Origin: Rhina ancylostomus | Taxonomy: Eukaryota | Assembly: GCA_030265395.1 (NCBI GenBank) | Contig: JARFYF010000022.1 | Location: 37,466,550 to 37,530,549 of the forward strand | Direction: 5' to 3' | DNA: 64,000 nt | Shown: positions 28,001-43,000 of the stretch, piece by piece | How positions within the stretch are numbered: position 1 is the stretch's first letter | Layout of the letters: the number at the start of each line of letters is the position of its first letter | The notes under the pieces: generated by a model | What the model saw: the letters and a program-made list of their open reading frames with translations, nothing else | What the model was told of the DNA's origin: nothing | The model's database searches: none | Position numbers and translations under genes: made by a program

Positions 28001-31000
28001 TAGTGAATTGGGGAAGGGCCGGAAGGACTCTGGAGAGGGAGACAGAGCACACAAATGTACAAAACGTAAAATGGGGACTGGATATGACAACAGGAGAGAC
28101 CTGAAGAGAGCAGTGGTAACAGCATGTCACACATATTCAAAGAAATGAAGTGCTGATTCATGATAAAGAATATGCTATATTGCACTAGTTTCATATTGAA
28201 GTACTATGATTCTGATATTACATTACGAAAGTTCCATTATAAATCAGTACCAATGCAAATATCTTAATGCCTCTTAAAAATTTCAAGATAGATTTTTTTT
28301 GCCATTTCTATTGTTTGTCAGGAGCCAGCTTGTCCTCAAATAACCAAAGACAAAGACAGTTAAATGGCCCTGTACATTGACCACAACCATGAAATTATAC
28401 TTTGAGGATGTTGTCGCCTGAGGAATGTGCCTGGTGCATTTTTTTAAGAAAAGCACCATCCTGTTACAAATATAGTAATAGCAACAGTAAAACAGATGCT
28501 AAATGGATCACTAAGTAATATGAACTTTAGTCCAAGTCAAAGCATGGTTAAAACTATTTCCACAGTTGTAATGTTGGAATACATTAATCATTCACCTCTC
28601 AAAACTGATACTTGGTTCCAAAATTCAACGTAATGGGTTCCATTCCAGTACAAGGCAATGAAAGCTTGATACCAATCATCGTAGCCTGATCTTTTCTAGA
28701 ACTGGATCCAGGATGGTTACATATATGCTGAATCATAAAATTTGAGAACAGACAGGGGCAACTAATTGGATCACAGGATTAAAACAGAAATCTCGGCACT
28801 CTCTTTTCATTATGCATACACCCTGCTGTACCTTTCAATGTAGGCTTTCTACTTGATCTCCTACTGGCTGTGCACTTATTGTCCCTTTACACCCTTCTCT
28901 GGAAAACAGAAAACCTTTCTCCATCTTTCACTTTACTCTTTGCAGTTCCTTGTCACACTCTGTACACTTCTTGCTCACTTTGTCTCTAGTATCTCTCCCC
29001 TGTTGTGTGTAGAGAACACTTCTGCACAGCAGTAGTTGATGGATCAGGTTTGAACTTCCATGGAGGTCAGGCAGAGACCATGAAAAGTCCTCACACCACT
29101 GTGGAGACTCAGGCAGATCCTGAAGTCTGTCGTGCCTGTTGGTGATCTTCCATTAGCTCCTCCTTTACCAAACTACCTCTACTTTTCATCTCCTTTTGCC
29201 TCAGATTCTGGCAGTCCCCAAGATCTCTGCTTAGCTGTCAGGCAATTACAGTAAACTATCAAATGGAGATCTTGCTCACCGCAGACAGAAGAATTCTTTC
29301 TTGACAAGGCCATCGACAATTTCAAGTTCCTGTGGTGCTGTAGCTTTCACTATGACTGCAGTGATGGAACATAGGTAGAAGCCAAGCAGCTAGCAGACAG
29401 CCCTCTTCCCCACAATTTGTATCCATCATTTCAGTGGCACCTCTAGAATATGTTTAACAAGGTAAATTGACAAGGAATCAAGCTGTCATACGAGATCTAT
29501 AGATAGCAAGCACTGACCATGACTAAGTTTCTTTCTCAGTCAACCACACCTTGAACGTGTAAGATTTCTGCGTTTTGTGGGGAAGATCAAGGCACAATGA
29601 GAAGTCTCACTGATTGAAGGTTGGTGAATCCCATAATGCAGCCAGATCTACATACTCCATTCAACTCACATTCTCTGCTAACAGGAAAATAAAGATAATC
29701 CTTTATCCTTAAACTTAAATCATCAGTTACCTTCCTAACACTACAGTGAATAGTCAACTGTAAGATACAACTCACTTTAACCACGGCCACCTGGAATGAT
29801 TCAGAGGCTAAGAATTCCAAGTGTGACGGCAATCTTAAGCTCGATATGCAAATATGGCTGTGCATCCTGGGGATCCACCGACGTTAGAATCCGTGATCTT
29901 CTAATGGCCAATTTTGTAAGCTAGGAGAAAATGAACCTTGAGAGGTTCATATAAAGAGTGTGTTGTTGCAGCCTCACCAGGTAAATGCAAGAATTTCTAT
30001 ACTTCCTCCATCAGGGATCTCATTCTGTCTGCTATTCTTCCAGCAGAACTAACAGGAACACAACACAAAAAACTGTTTTACAAAGAGTGCAAGTGTTCAA
30101 ATAGCAATATATTTTAAAGCAGATGTCTTAGTGGTTAATCTGAGTGTTTTTCAAATTGCATCTTCAGAAGGCTGCAGAATTTGGAACTGGATGTAGGGAT
30201 AGCACTTGAGCTGAGTAGCTGCAGAGTTATCAGTATTACCAAAACAGTCTTTCAAGAGTAGCCAAGAATTTAGAATATGAAGGGAAATTTCAGCTGGCAA
30301 GAATTTTAAAACTGCATTGCATGACAAATAATATTATTGCATCATATCACATGCATGTTTAACTTCAAAACTACATCATGCATACCAGCAGAATTCTCAA
30401 CGAGAACTATCTGGTTGAATTTCTTGAGTGACACACATCCAACCCATAAACCATTACTACAATTCACTCTGGAAATCATCAATATTTATTCATGCAGTGC
30501 CAAATTATTAGATAATACTTGTTCAAATTTCTAGGTCACTAACTTTTGCCAAGGCAAAGACTAAAAATTAATAAAATTTCTTCACAAGATGGTTCACCCA
30601 CTTGTATTGTGAAAAGTCATTTTATATTTTATGGAATTACACCTGAAAACCACTTATAGTGTGCAAGGGATGTGCAGACTGATCTCAGACAAAGGTACCT
30701 GGAACTATAAGTGTTGGAATCTGCAAACAACTCAGTTCTATTTTCAAAAATCAAATTCAGTGTTAATCCACATAAAAATACACAGAGGAAGCTATTCAGC
30801 TCTTGGCACTTTTTGAAACACTTAATTAGACCTACTTGTTCTTTTGATTCTGCAAATCTTTTCAGTAGTCAAAGTTTTATTCTAGACTGTTCTTGTAACT
30901 TTTGATTTCAAACATGGAGAAAAGTGATGGGGATGGCCCTCACCACATTGCAATTGCATTTTCCTAATAGAAATGCCATTCAAGAAATTTTTTCAAATCT

Positions 31001-34000
31001 TCTGATTCAAAGTTTTGATATAATTTCGCATCTCCCTACGTCACTTGCTTGAGGCCCCACCACAATGGTGAGTTAGTTTCCTAGTTTTCTCCATTTTTAT
31101 TATATATTTCATCCTTGATTTACACATTTTTGTCCTTTTTCCACCCTCGTTACTAATGATCTTTTAAATCTAGAGTATTAAAAAGTCCAAAGTTTGTTTT
31201 ATACTTACCACGATAACAACTCTAATAATGTTTTCACCCAATTTTTAAACACTATTAACTGCCTGGTAACCTATCTGCAGTTTTAATTTGGAGTCAAGAC
31301 AAAATATCATGCCGAATCTTGACCAATATGTAACAGGTAAAAATGGTAAGTTACTGTTAGATCATCTGTTATACTTTTGAAATTTGACAGCTGATATCAC
31401 AGGCTTTGATGGAAGCTGCAAAAATGGCAGTTAGACAAACATTCACAAAAGATANNNNNNNNNNTAGACACATTTCCACTGCAGAATCTCTTCTTAATAA
31501 AAAGGAACTTTGGGGAAGTGCCTTATAAGACTGCTGGGTCTGGAAAAAGTGCACCACCACCCCCACACAAAAAACCATGGAGTAAAAGATCTCATTCTTC
31601 ACATCACTTTAACCAAGGATCACACACTGTCCTGCTCCTGCACCCTGCTTTAGTCTTCTTCATCTGACAATGCCTAATCTATCACTTTAGTTAACAACCA
31701 AGTATGAAATTACTAAACTTAACACTGTGGAGTTAAACTACACCACATGTTGAGAAGCCAAACCAAGTTTCCCATCTGAAACACCATTTCTTAAGCAATT
31801 AACAATCCAAATTAGCTACTTCCTGAAATTGTGCAATTCCGATTACTAGCAGGTTCTTCCAAGTTCAAATCAGTTTTAATATCCAAAAATCCTATATTTA
31901 GCCTTAAAAAGACATCACTCACCATTTGCTCATTGGGCTCTGAGAACTTCACTCGGACATCCTGCAAGTGTTTCAAGATAGGCTCATCATGCTCCTGGTG
32001 AGAAATATATGTAAATGCGCTCAGATCTTGACATTACATACTTAATCCTAATAAATAAGATTTTGCATGCTAAACAACCTGCTTATTCCTTATTATGCAG
32101 CAGTATCTGCAGCCCAACTCATCAACATCATTACTATTCCCTCCCCATCACAAACAAATTCAGAGATTTTATTAAACAAAATTAGATAAGTGAAAGGTTA
32201 GAAATGGTGTTCCACAAAGGTCATTATTTATACCCAATTTGGACTTGATCAGTACAGTTTGAAAATTTGTAGATGGTCCCAAACTAGTGATATAACTAAA
32301 AGCACAAGGTATAAATATAAAAATGCAGCAAACTTTTCAAAATGTATGAAATGAATTCCAATCAAGCTTTAAATTTCAATTGAAATACATTTTAATAGGG
32401 CCACATTCACCTTGGAAATGTCTATATTGGGTACAGCAATACAGTTACACAAATCAGAAGACTGATGCAGAATCATAGGCCATTTAGAAAAAAGGGAAAG
32501 AATTGAAAACCAAGCAGTTAAGCCTAAATGGCCCTTGTTATACTGTACTCAATTATTCTAGTCCCTGCAGTATATAAAAGGATATGGAGAACTAGAGAAG
32601 GTACAACAATACATAAAAAAAAACTGGACTGCAAACAGACATTAAGAGTCTGACATGGAGAATAGATTGTGGTTCCTTTTCTTCCTGAAGATAGATAACA
32701 GACAAGAATTCAGAGGCCTTTAGAATTATACATCTACCTGAATGAACTTCTGTAAACTTTTCATTTGTGGACTAAATCAGAACCAAAGGCCAAAAATACA
32801 AGATGATCACCAATAAATCTGAATGGGAATTCAGGAGAAATCTCTTAACTGAGCAATAATATTTAGAACTTAATATCACAAAGAAGAATTGAAAATAGAA
32901 GGGAATCATTTAAGGGAACGCTGGTTGACATGCTGTCAACTGGTGGGATCAGATGAAGTCACTGGACGCAGGACTGGGGAGAAAATTTACAGGTATTACG
33001 TGAAGCAGAAACACTTAAAGATCTAATGGACTAGAAAGCAAGATTATTTATGCTAATGCTCCATTAATTTCATATGCTGACATGGCAAGCCACAGGATGC
33101 ACTGTTTCAGACAGGCAAAATATTATTTCACAAACTATAGCGTGCCTTTCAAAGCTAAAATGTGCACTTTATGCTTCAGATACCATGCCCAAATCACTTC
33201 CCACCCTACTATGGATTCCTGATGTAAAAATCAGCCAAAAGGCAAATTAAAATCATGACTTAGTCAGATGAGCTTGTCATTTAAGTTGAAAGACTCAAAA
33301 TAATGAAAGTAGTTTTAGACCCCCCACCCAACTAACTGGCTTCCCTTAATAGCCTAAGCTCAAGTCAAATCAGTCTTTAAAACCTAATACCAAGAAATAC
33401 AACTCTTGTTTATGTGCACATATCCCCAAAATCTCTTAAGACCATCACCATTTCATGTTTTCACCCCCTTGGAAGTTCCACCACCTTTTTTTGGCTGGAA
33501 CTGGAAGACCTCAATTTTTCTAGCAGTTCAATCTAATCCTCAAAGTTTTGCCCATTCATTTAACATACTAATATAGTAAAATACTGCCTCCATCTACACT
33601 GCTAACAGTGGCTTGTACTCTTGTTAGTTACAAACTTTGATGGGGCTTTTTCCATCCTCCAAATACCATAGAAATATGGAGGCCTTAAGGAGATTCTTAC
33701 AATTCACAGACTTGCAATTTAAGTACCTGCTTGTTATCCCTACTTTCTTCTCCAGTCGCTCAGGTGAATTCCTAACCAGGCTGATATTTGCCTTTTCATT
33801 CTAAGGACTTCAACTTTTAGTTAAAAGTCTCTTAAAAGTGCTTTTTGCAAGTTCATGAGAGATCCACAAACATTGCCCTATTAATTCAATCATCTCAATG
33901 AAGGCAACCAAATCTGTTGGAAACGAGTGATCTTTTCAATGAAGCATTCAAGAAGAGTAGATATAGTAAGATGTAGCAATACCACACATAATATACACAA

Positions 34001-37000
34001 TCAGATAAAACAGGCAATAGATTAGTTTAAAATTTTTTAAAGAACATACATATTAAATAAAAATAAATAACTTTGTTAAACTATTTAATTGCATAACAAT
34101 GTCAAGAACTGAAAATGAAACCCAGGACTAGAAGGTTATGCTCCCCGAAAGAAAAACTTGTTAATCCAGGCAAAAGTACAGCAACAACACAATTAGAAGA
34201 GATCTGTATTCAAGCCGATAATCATGCTCTTCTCTTGCTCACCTCCACAAGTTCACTTAGCATATCTACATTCCTGAAAATTGTGACCCAGAATTCAGGG
34301 ATTCCTTTGGGATTCTCATCCTGTTCCGATTCTTCTTTCTTCTCTTCTATTGCTGCTTTCTTTTTCATTTCTTCCTATTTCAGACAAATATTTTGATAAA
34401 ATATTACTCATTGCACTATAATGATCAGAAAGTAAATGTGGCAACAAGCTCTTTATGCTTGACCACAAAGATGCAAACCAACAGAAAGTGCTAACTTCCA
34501 TTATTTTTTTTAAATTAAAATTTCAAATACACTTATCCTCTCAGTCAAATTGCTGAACACTGCTTGGTTAACTGTGTTAAGTACTCACTTTTCACTTTTG
34601 AAACACAAATGTACTTTAGCAGTAAAATAACAAAAGGTATCTATAATCAGAGGCATAGCTTTAAGGCAAGGAGTGGAGGGTTTAGAGGGGGTACAAGTAA
34701 GAATTTTTTTCAGCTAGAGGGTGGTTGGAATTTGGAATGCGTTGACTGAGAGGTCGATGGAGGCAGAGACTCTTAGTATTTAAGTATTTAGACAAGCACT
34801 TGAATCACCCGGGCATAAAAGGCCATGGACAAAGTGCTGATAAATGGGTTAGCACAGATGGTACTTGGTTGGTAGAAAGGGCTCGATTCTCTGCTGTACG
34901 ACTATAACCAATATTTACTGCTTGAAACAGTTCCATAACACCTTCAATAACTTTGCTGATTAGGGACTAGACTGATTAGACTGCAATTAGTCTGACTGGA
35001 TTTTGGGTGTTTGACCTGATGGCAAGACACTATGGGTCCAGAGTCAATGTTGGAAGATTCCCTGTGCTCCATGCCGTCTGTATCCAACTGTTCCGAGCTC
35101 TACACTGTCCTTTGGTGGATCGGGACATAACAACGGACTGTGATGGAGGATTCTGACGCTGTCTGTATGGGATGGGAGTGAACTTGTGGGTTTGAGATGG
35201 TGGGGTCAGGGTGGGAGAAAAAAGGTATGGGAGGGTTTGGATAGGAGGACTGAGAGGTATCCAGTCATGGGACAGATGGGTAAACAGTGCAGCAGAGGAG
35301 AGACAAAAGAGGGAAAAGAATAGTGTGCCACAGCTCTGCCTTGCTTTCCCCACAGGCTCTCACCTGGTCCACAATTCACACACTCAAACCTCCAGCAGAC
35401 CCCATCACCTGGCTCTGCTTTTTAATTTTTCTGTACATAACTCCCCAGGCAATAGCTCATCCTGTTTTCTTGAAAATGAAAGGCCACAGTAATTACTCAC
35501 TTACATAATGTGTACTATTTGCAGTGAGCAGCTTTTGATTGTTGGACATTGAAAAGATGTTGGGGTTTTAAGAAATGCTTTCTTAAAACTGATGTTCTCA
35601 AATAAAGGGGGAGCAACTTGTTCAGAGGTTAATTAATACAGCAGATTTTGCAATATAGCTATATTTTGATTAGAAGAAATAAGCCCATCAGAAATGTCAC
35701 AGGGTTGGTCAGATTTGTATTCTGTACTGATCCAATAATGGAGAAATTCTCCCCCACCTCCCAGAATGAAACTTACTGCTAATTCTTCCTCTTCTTCCTT
35801 GTCACTGTGCCATTCACACTCTGCATCTGTGGGTTCGACATTGCCTGTTGTTATGTCTCGTCTCTGCAAGAAGTAAAAAATAACTGAGCAACAAATGGGT
35901 TGCAAATAATTGATAATTAATGGTAATATCCTACATTATTGAAAATAAAGAATGCAAGAATATTTTTGGTGTGCTGCATTCTTGCTAGTAAAATAAAGAT
36001 GCATTAAAATGTGTAACATTTAATCCATCATTTTAAGTCTTCCTAATGAAATAGCAACTTGAACAAGCACAAGATGAATGGGTCTTTAACCTTCCAGGCT
36101 GTGATTGAAGCTTGCTAGGTTAAAGATTGGTTTGTCTCAGTTTCTATGAATTCAACATCGGCAAGGACTATGGTATTTAAGCAGTCACAGTTGCATTATT
36201 CTCTCCCAGACCCAGCAACCTACACAGATTTGACTAGCATAGCACCTGCAGCTAAAAAAAATCATTTGGCGTATTTGTTAACATCCTAACAAGAATGATC
36301 AAATTAGAATTTTATTCCGACCATGGTTGACCATGCCAAGAGCATACTTATTTCCCTGTTTTTACTTGCTCAAAGTGGTGGCAACCTTCTTGAAACTCTA
36401 ATCCTGATACTTACACTGCTTCCACAACAATGTTAGATACTGAGCCCAAGGATACTGCTCAGGCAATAAAATGGTGATGATAAACTGAACTACAGTATTG
36501 GAAATGGAGAGAGATTTCTTCATTGTCACTGTCTACTTAATTGCACCATGGAATCCCTTAGCCACACAGAATGCAACTATTCACCAACACCAAAGGCAAA
36601 AAGAGTTGACCAATTATTCCAGTGGTGCTCACACCATGAATTTATAATCATTAAAAACTAAGTTAGGATAATAAACTATTTAAATGAAAGAATCTGCAGG
36701 GCTGTAAAGAGGGGGTGGGAGAGCAGTAGCAGCTCTTACACAGCTATTTGACAGCCTCTTCCATGTAGTACCCATTCTGCACATATTTGAAGGGGCCGGT
36801 ATCATGATTGCTCTCGTCTCACCAGAAGCAGAGAAATTTAAGTGAACTGCCTGAAAAGGCCATTAACAAACAAGTTGAGAACAAATTCCCCCAGTGTATC
36901 CATTTAAACTATGCTACTGAATGATAAAAAAGATTACTGAGTATGAAGTTGTTTAGGGCTGATTTTTGTAAGGGCAAGAGAGGACAAAGTGGCAGTAAAC

Positions 37001-40000
37001 TTCAGTAATTTACCATGGTTTCTTTGACAGCTCCAACCAAACAAATGGCCTCTGCCACCTAGGAGGGAAAGGCAACAGGTACAGGGAAACACCAATGCAA
37101 ATTCACTCTCCAAGTCACAAACCATACAGACTTAGAAAGGTATCACTGTTCTTTATTGTTGCTTTGTCAAGATCCTTAATAGGAGCATTGTGGAACTACC
37201 TCCATTACAAAGGCAGCAGTATTCAAAAAGGTGGTAGTTCATCACCTTCCCTAGGACAAATAGGGATGGACATTAAATGCTGACCTTGTCAGTGATGCCA
37301 AATTCTCATGTAAATAAACTGATGACAAATTAAGTGATATAGTTAAGATCATAGGACCATTAAATCACAATATGAAGACCCGAGGAAAGAAGTGAACATT
37401 TCTAACCAACAATTAGGTATGTGATTGAATGCTAAAAAGATGCAAGGATCAAGGCAAGAAGCTCAAAGGCATAGATACCAGAGGAATAAGGGAACAGAGG
37501 TGAGATTCAGTGAAAAGGGCATAATATTCATGTAGCATGATTAGACCCACAGTGAGATGTTAGGTGCAATGGTCAGCAAGAGGCGGCAAATTAGTTATAT
37601 ACGGAAGCAACAAGCAACTGAAAATGAGCCAGAGACAACAAGAAATTCTGCAGACGCTGGAATCTGAAACAATACACAGAAAGTGCTGGAGGAACTCAAT
37701 GAGCCAGAAAGTGCTGACTGCTGGTGGAGATGCTGAAACTGAAGTCTTGGATATGCATTGTGAAAGATAATGACAGATTTGACTTTCTAGTGTGGAGTCC
37801 AGTAGCAAAACTCAGTCTTGCTATATTCCTCAACAGCACCTGAAGAAATCATTTTGGATTCCAGGCCCAGCTCAAAAGCAGAAATAGAAATGAATTCAGT
37901 GAGAACTGGAGAGAGGTTTAGGAGAAAATGGTTTTGCTTTGTTTTTGGTAATTAAACTTTAAAACAATATAATTCTATTTTAACTTTTTTCACTTGAATA
38001 TCGTAACTTTTAAAATGTCTCTGAATGGTAGACATGCAAAATCTATCAACATTATTTATAACTTTTACGGTTGTGTGCAGCTTTGCCAGCTGTCAGGATC
38101 GTTTCCAGAGGCAGGACCCGATCACTGCACCACCCAAGGCCTGCAGACAATGCTAATGAATTGAGATGAAGAGGGAGAATGAGATAGGCCGCCTGCAACC
38201 AGACAGACAAGCATGGACGTGGGAGGACTGTGGTCCATCAATTCTAGACAGAGAAACTGTGCCACATATCTGACTTCATGCATATGCAGGTTGGTTTAGT
38301 TATGACAAAAAGAATGTCAAGGCATAGATAAATCATTGGATCAGAGAGTAACAGCACAGAAATAGGCCTTATGACCTACCAAGTCCATGCCAACCATCAA
38401 GCACCCATTAATCTCCACCTACTGCATTTTATTCTCCCCACATTTTCATCAACTCCATCCTCCTCTACCATACATCAATACACTAGTGGCAATTTACAGT
38501 GGCCATTTAGCCTAGCTACTGCATTGTTTTGCAATGTGGGAAGAAACGGAACACCCTAAGAAATTCCATGCAGTCCACAAGAATGTGCAAACAGTGGAGG
38601 ACAGGAATCTACCTGGATTACTGGAGCTGTGAGGCAGCACCTCTATTAGCTGCACCAGTGTGCAGCCTGATAATAAGTACCTTAGGAGGAAAGCAATTTA
38701 ACCAAAATTCAATTGAAGCATCCAAACAAGAGATTATAGTGGACTGTTGCCTCACAGCTCCCGTGATTGACAATCAATCTCTACTTCCAGTGTTGTGCTG
38801 TGGATTTTGCACATTTTCCTGTGACCATGTGGGTTTCCTTTGGTGTTCTAAATTCCTCCCACATCCTACAAACACAATTTATGGACGTTTGTAAATTGCC
38901 CCCGGTGTGTAGCTAAGTGGTAGAATCTGGGGGAAATGGGATTGCTGTGAGGAGAATAAAAGGGAATTAGTGTAAATGGGTGCTTGATGGTTGGTGCTGA
39001 GTTGGGTGGGCTGCAGCGCTCAGTTCTGTGCCTAATAACTATGACTAAAACTCAAAGCAATTAGGGAAGAGACCATTTAACTGTGTTCATATTGGAGGAA
39101 CAGCTTTAACATTCCAAGCTTAAAAATTGTACTCAAAATAATACTTCTAACTTAATGTCAAATTGGACTTTACTGGACCATCATAAAGGAAACTTAAGCT
39201 GCAACATCCACAAGATCACAAGACAAAGGAGCAGAAGTAGGCCATTCAGCCCATCAAGTCTACTCCATAAGCTAAACTAATACTATTCCTATCTAGCCCC
39301 AATTTCTGGCCTTACCCCCATATCCCTTGATACCTTAACCAATTAGATACCCATCAATCTCCTCCTTAAATGCCCCTAATGATTGGGCCTCCACAGCTGT
39401 ATGTGGCAAAGAATTCCATAATTTCACTACCCTCTGGCTAAATAAATTTCTCCCCATTTCTGTTTTAAACCGGTACCCTCTAATTCTAAGATTGTGCCCT
39501 CTAATTCTGGACTCACCCACCAGGGGAAACAGCTTAACCACATCTACTCTGTCCAGTCCTTTTAACATTCGAAACGTTTCGATGAGGTCTCCTCTCATTC
39601 TTCTGTATTCAAATGAATACAGTCCAAGAGCCGACGAACGCTCATCATAAATAAGCCTTTTCATTCCGGGAATCATCCTTGTAAATCTTTTCTGAACCCT
39701 CTCCAACATCAGTACATCCTTCCTAAGGGGCCCAAAACTGCGTACAGTACTCCAAATGAAGCCTCACCACTGCCCCCATAGAGCCCCATCAACACTTCCC
39801 TACTTCTATACTTCATCNNNNNNNNNNNNNNNNNNNNNNNNNNNNNNNNNNNNNNNNNNNNNNNNNNNNNNNNNNNNNNNNNNNNNNNNNNNNNNNNNNN
39901 NNNNNNNNNNNNNNNNNAGTCTCCCAGGGTCCCCACATCTGGCACTCCAAACATAACACTAATCCCAGATGCATACTGCTATGGCACTGTCTAAAGCAAC

Positions 40001-43000
40001 TACAATAAACTAGTAACTAACCCCTGCTCTATAAGTCTCACCTCTTACCTCTCGCCTCACATATTAAGAAAAAAGCAATTTTGTTTTAAATATGTATGAT
40101 CTACATACAACAGTTATAACATGACAAAAATTGGGAAAATACTTTTACTATGATAGTTTGGGGTATTTCAGGAAGAGATAATTAATAATTGTATTAAATT
40201 CCAAATTATTGGCCTAAACAAATTACGGAGCTACTTATGAGATAAAGCATTGCTTTCATACAAATATACAAGACAACTTTTTTTTTTAAGTGCACTCGTA
40301 CCTTTTCAAAGTATGGCTGGTAAAGGGCTGCATATTTCCGCTCCAATTCATGAACTTCCTCATAAAATTTGGCTTCTATATGGGCACACTTAACCTGAAG
40401 GTGCTTCAAGGCATTTATTCTTCTCTTTACAGCTTTAGGTAAACTGCAAAAAACAAATGGTTGATCATTCATAGCTGATACAAAGGGCAACTTATGTTAC
40501 ATGCTTTTAATGCAAATACAGACTAACATTACCACCAATACCTCTCTCCCCCCTCCCCCAACCAGCTTATCTACTCAATTTAAATAATTAATAGCTAAGT
40601 TGCTCAAGCAACGTGCCAGAACATGCTACATGCACTTGTTTGAGGAGAGTACAAATATACCCTTTTCATAGATTTCTGTCTGAGGCTGACCCAAACCTTA
40701 ACAGTTCAGTTCTGTGCAGCAAATAACAACATGCAAGACATAACATGATCACATGAACAAACTGGAATAAGTCTGACCACAAGGCAGTTGAAAACCTGAT
40801 AGCTAGCTAAGCCACAATCACAGTTTTATTAGTATCAAACCATTATGGCCTCTGAGGATTGCTAGATGCCCTGTACATTCAAGAACTTAAAATCAAACAA
40901 TTAAAAACATTAATTTTAAAATGCAAATTAACCAATACTTTCCCTGCAGCCTTTCCTTTCCACTGAAGTAAATGGACTTGCTGTTCCAAGGCTAGTTCTG
41001 ACCTGGCACAGATTCAGCAGGCAGATGAAGCTGCCAACAATCCTCAGCCCTACTAATCCATGACTACCCAGCTACACAAACTGTCAATTCAATTCATTCA
41101 CAGTTCTGTGTTTAGTGACTGCAATTGAAGTCAATGACAACAAGCAGTATAATGTTCTCATTAAAAATCTGTAAATACTTGGAATTTTTTCTTGGAAATT
41201 AATTCTATATTCACTTTTATACATTAGCAGTCGAATGATTCCAGTGTGGGAAGATCAGCACCCTAGAAAGTATATTGCAATTGACCCAACATCTCAGCGT
41301 TGAAGAACAACTGTTGCAGGTTCCTCAATTGCTCAGCCATCAACGTGCATGGTACTGCATGATCGTAAGTAACAGTGCGCTGCACCAGCAGCTTCCAGTT
41401 GACAGCCAATTGGTATTAAAGGATATGAGCCACATTCTAGCAAACTATCAATGTTCTGAAACGAAATTGGAGAATAAAGGAGCACATCTCCAATGTTATC
41501 ATTTTTACAACTGTACCTTTAAAATTAAGGTTTACAACTACGGGCAAGGAATGTTTACATTATGGGAAAATCTCAATCAAAAATGCATCACATTGCAATA
41601 TCTAGGAGCAGGGATGTGCAGTCTTAATCACTGTAGAATACCTATGATCATGCGTCCACTAGATTACTGTGTCTATGTTACAAAACCTGATGTAACCAGC
41701 TATACAATAAACAAACTAGGAATTTCTAATTTCTTTTTTTACCTATTATATGAAAAAATAGAATCTGAACAGTTTACATGGCACTATGACACTTCTGATA
41801 CTCGATCAGCAGTATCGATTTCACATCTGCCCCCAATTACCACCACTTCACAATGACCTACTCTGTTCTCTGACCTAATGTACAAGTTAACATTTTGTCA
41901 TTGCTCCACCAGGCTAAGCTACAGATCAGATTTCAATCAGTTTTGCTGCATCGATATGCCAGTGGAATATTGATAGATATACTCTATAAGTATTAAAATA
42001 TTTCCTCTTGTACATTTTAGAAAGAAGCCCAAATCATCATAAACCAATTATTACTTAGCAAATTACCAGTTTCCTCCTTTTTCTGAGACTGAGTCATTCT
42101 GCTAGTACATCTTGATGAAACATCCCAATAAGAAAGAAAAATTCTAAGGAGTGTACCTTACAGCTACAAAAGAAAAGTCAAGAGTTCCAAGGCAAAAAGC
42201 AGATATTGCCTTTTTGTTATATTCTTTCCAGTCTTCTGAGAACCGATGGATGTCCTTTACATGGATTTCCACAATGCACCTGATCAGCTGTCACATCAAA
42301 GGTTATTGAGGAAAACAGAAACTCATTGCGTAGGAGCTAATGCACTGATATGGATAGAAAACTTACTGGCCAACAGGAAACAAGAGGCATAGATTTTTTC
42401 CTGGTTGGCAAGGTTTAATGAATATGTGCCACAGGGATGAGTCCTGGAGCTTTTTTTTAAATAAAACATTTATATAACTGACTTGAAGGCACCAAAGATT
42501 ATAGTTACTGCATTTGCTGATGATGCAAAGGCAGGTCAGAACACAAGTTGCAAAGAGGACTTGGCAGTTAAAAGGGATATAGGTTGGTAAGATCGATTCT
42601 TGATGAGGGTGTGAAATATTACCAGGGGAAAGCAAGAATGCAGAGCTGAGGTTCCAAAATCAGTCACAATCTCAACGAACAGCAGTTTTATGGTATCAAT
42701 TAACATATTGTTGCGCCCAATAAATTTACATGCATTACATAAACCATGTGAACTTATTGCTGGCTTAAACTTGAAGCTGGGAATTCAGTGGATGAACATC
42801 AAGAAGGTCCCATCAATCCACAGATAAGGGTATCAGCAGGTGAGGGAGGCAATATTAACAGTGGAAACTGTGACAGAAACACCACTCATGGGTTTAAAAA
42901 AAAACCAAGATCACAAACAATCTGGGTTATCCTAGTACGTGGAGGGGGGAAAATTTTTGAACTTAACTTTTAAACTATTTTGTTTTTGTGCACTACTATA

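Noticed and set aside
28631-28653. TAATGGGTTCCATTCCAGTACAA resembles the SNORA54 guide strand
   Set aside because: Antisense to the host, lacks the 5' arm and boxes; also fits a SINE B-box-like motif
29820-29925. Octamer ATGCAAAT with nearby CCAAT
   Set aside because: Short motifs expected by chance; no CpG island or other promoter evidence
41275-41856. Longest ORF in the track (193 aa, + strand)
   Set aside because: Non-ATG start, antisense intronic, no recognisable domain; likely chance
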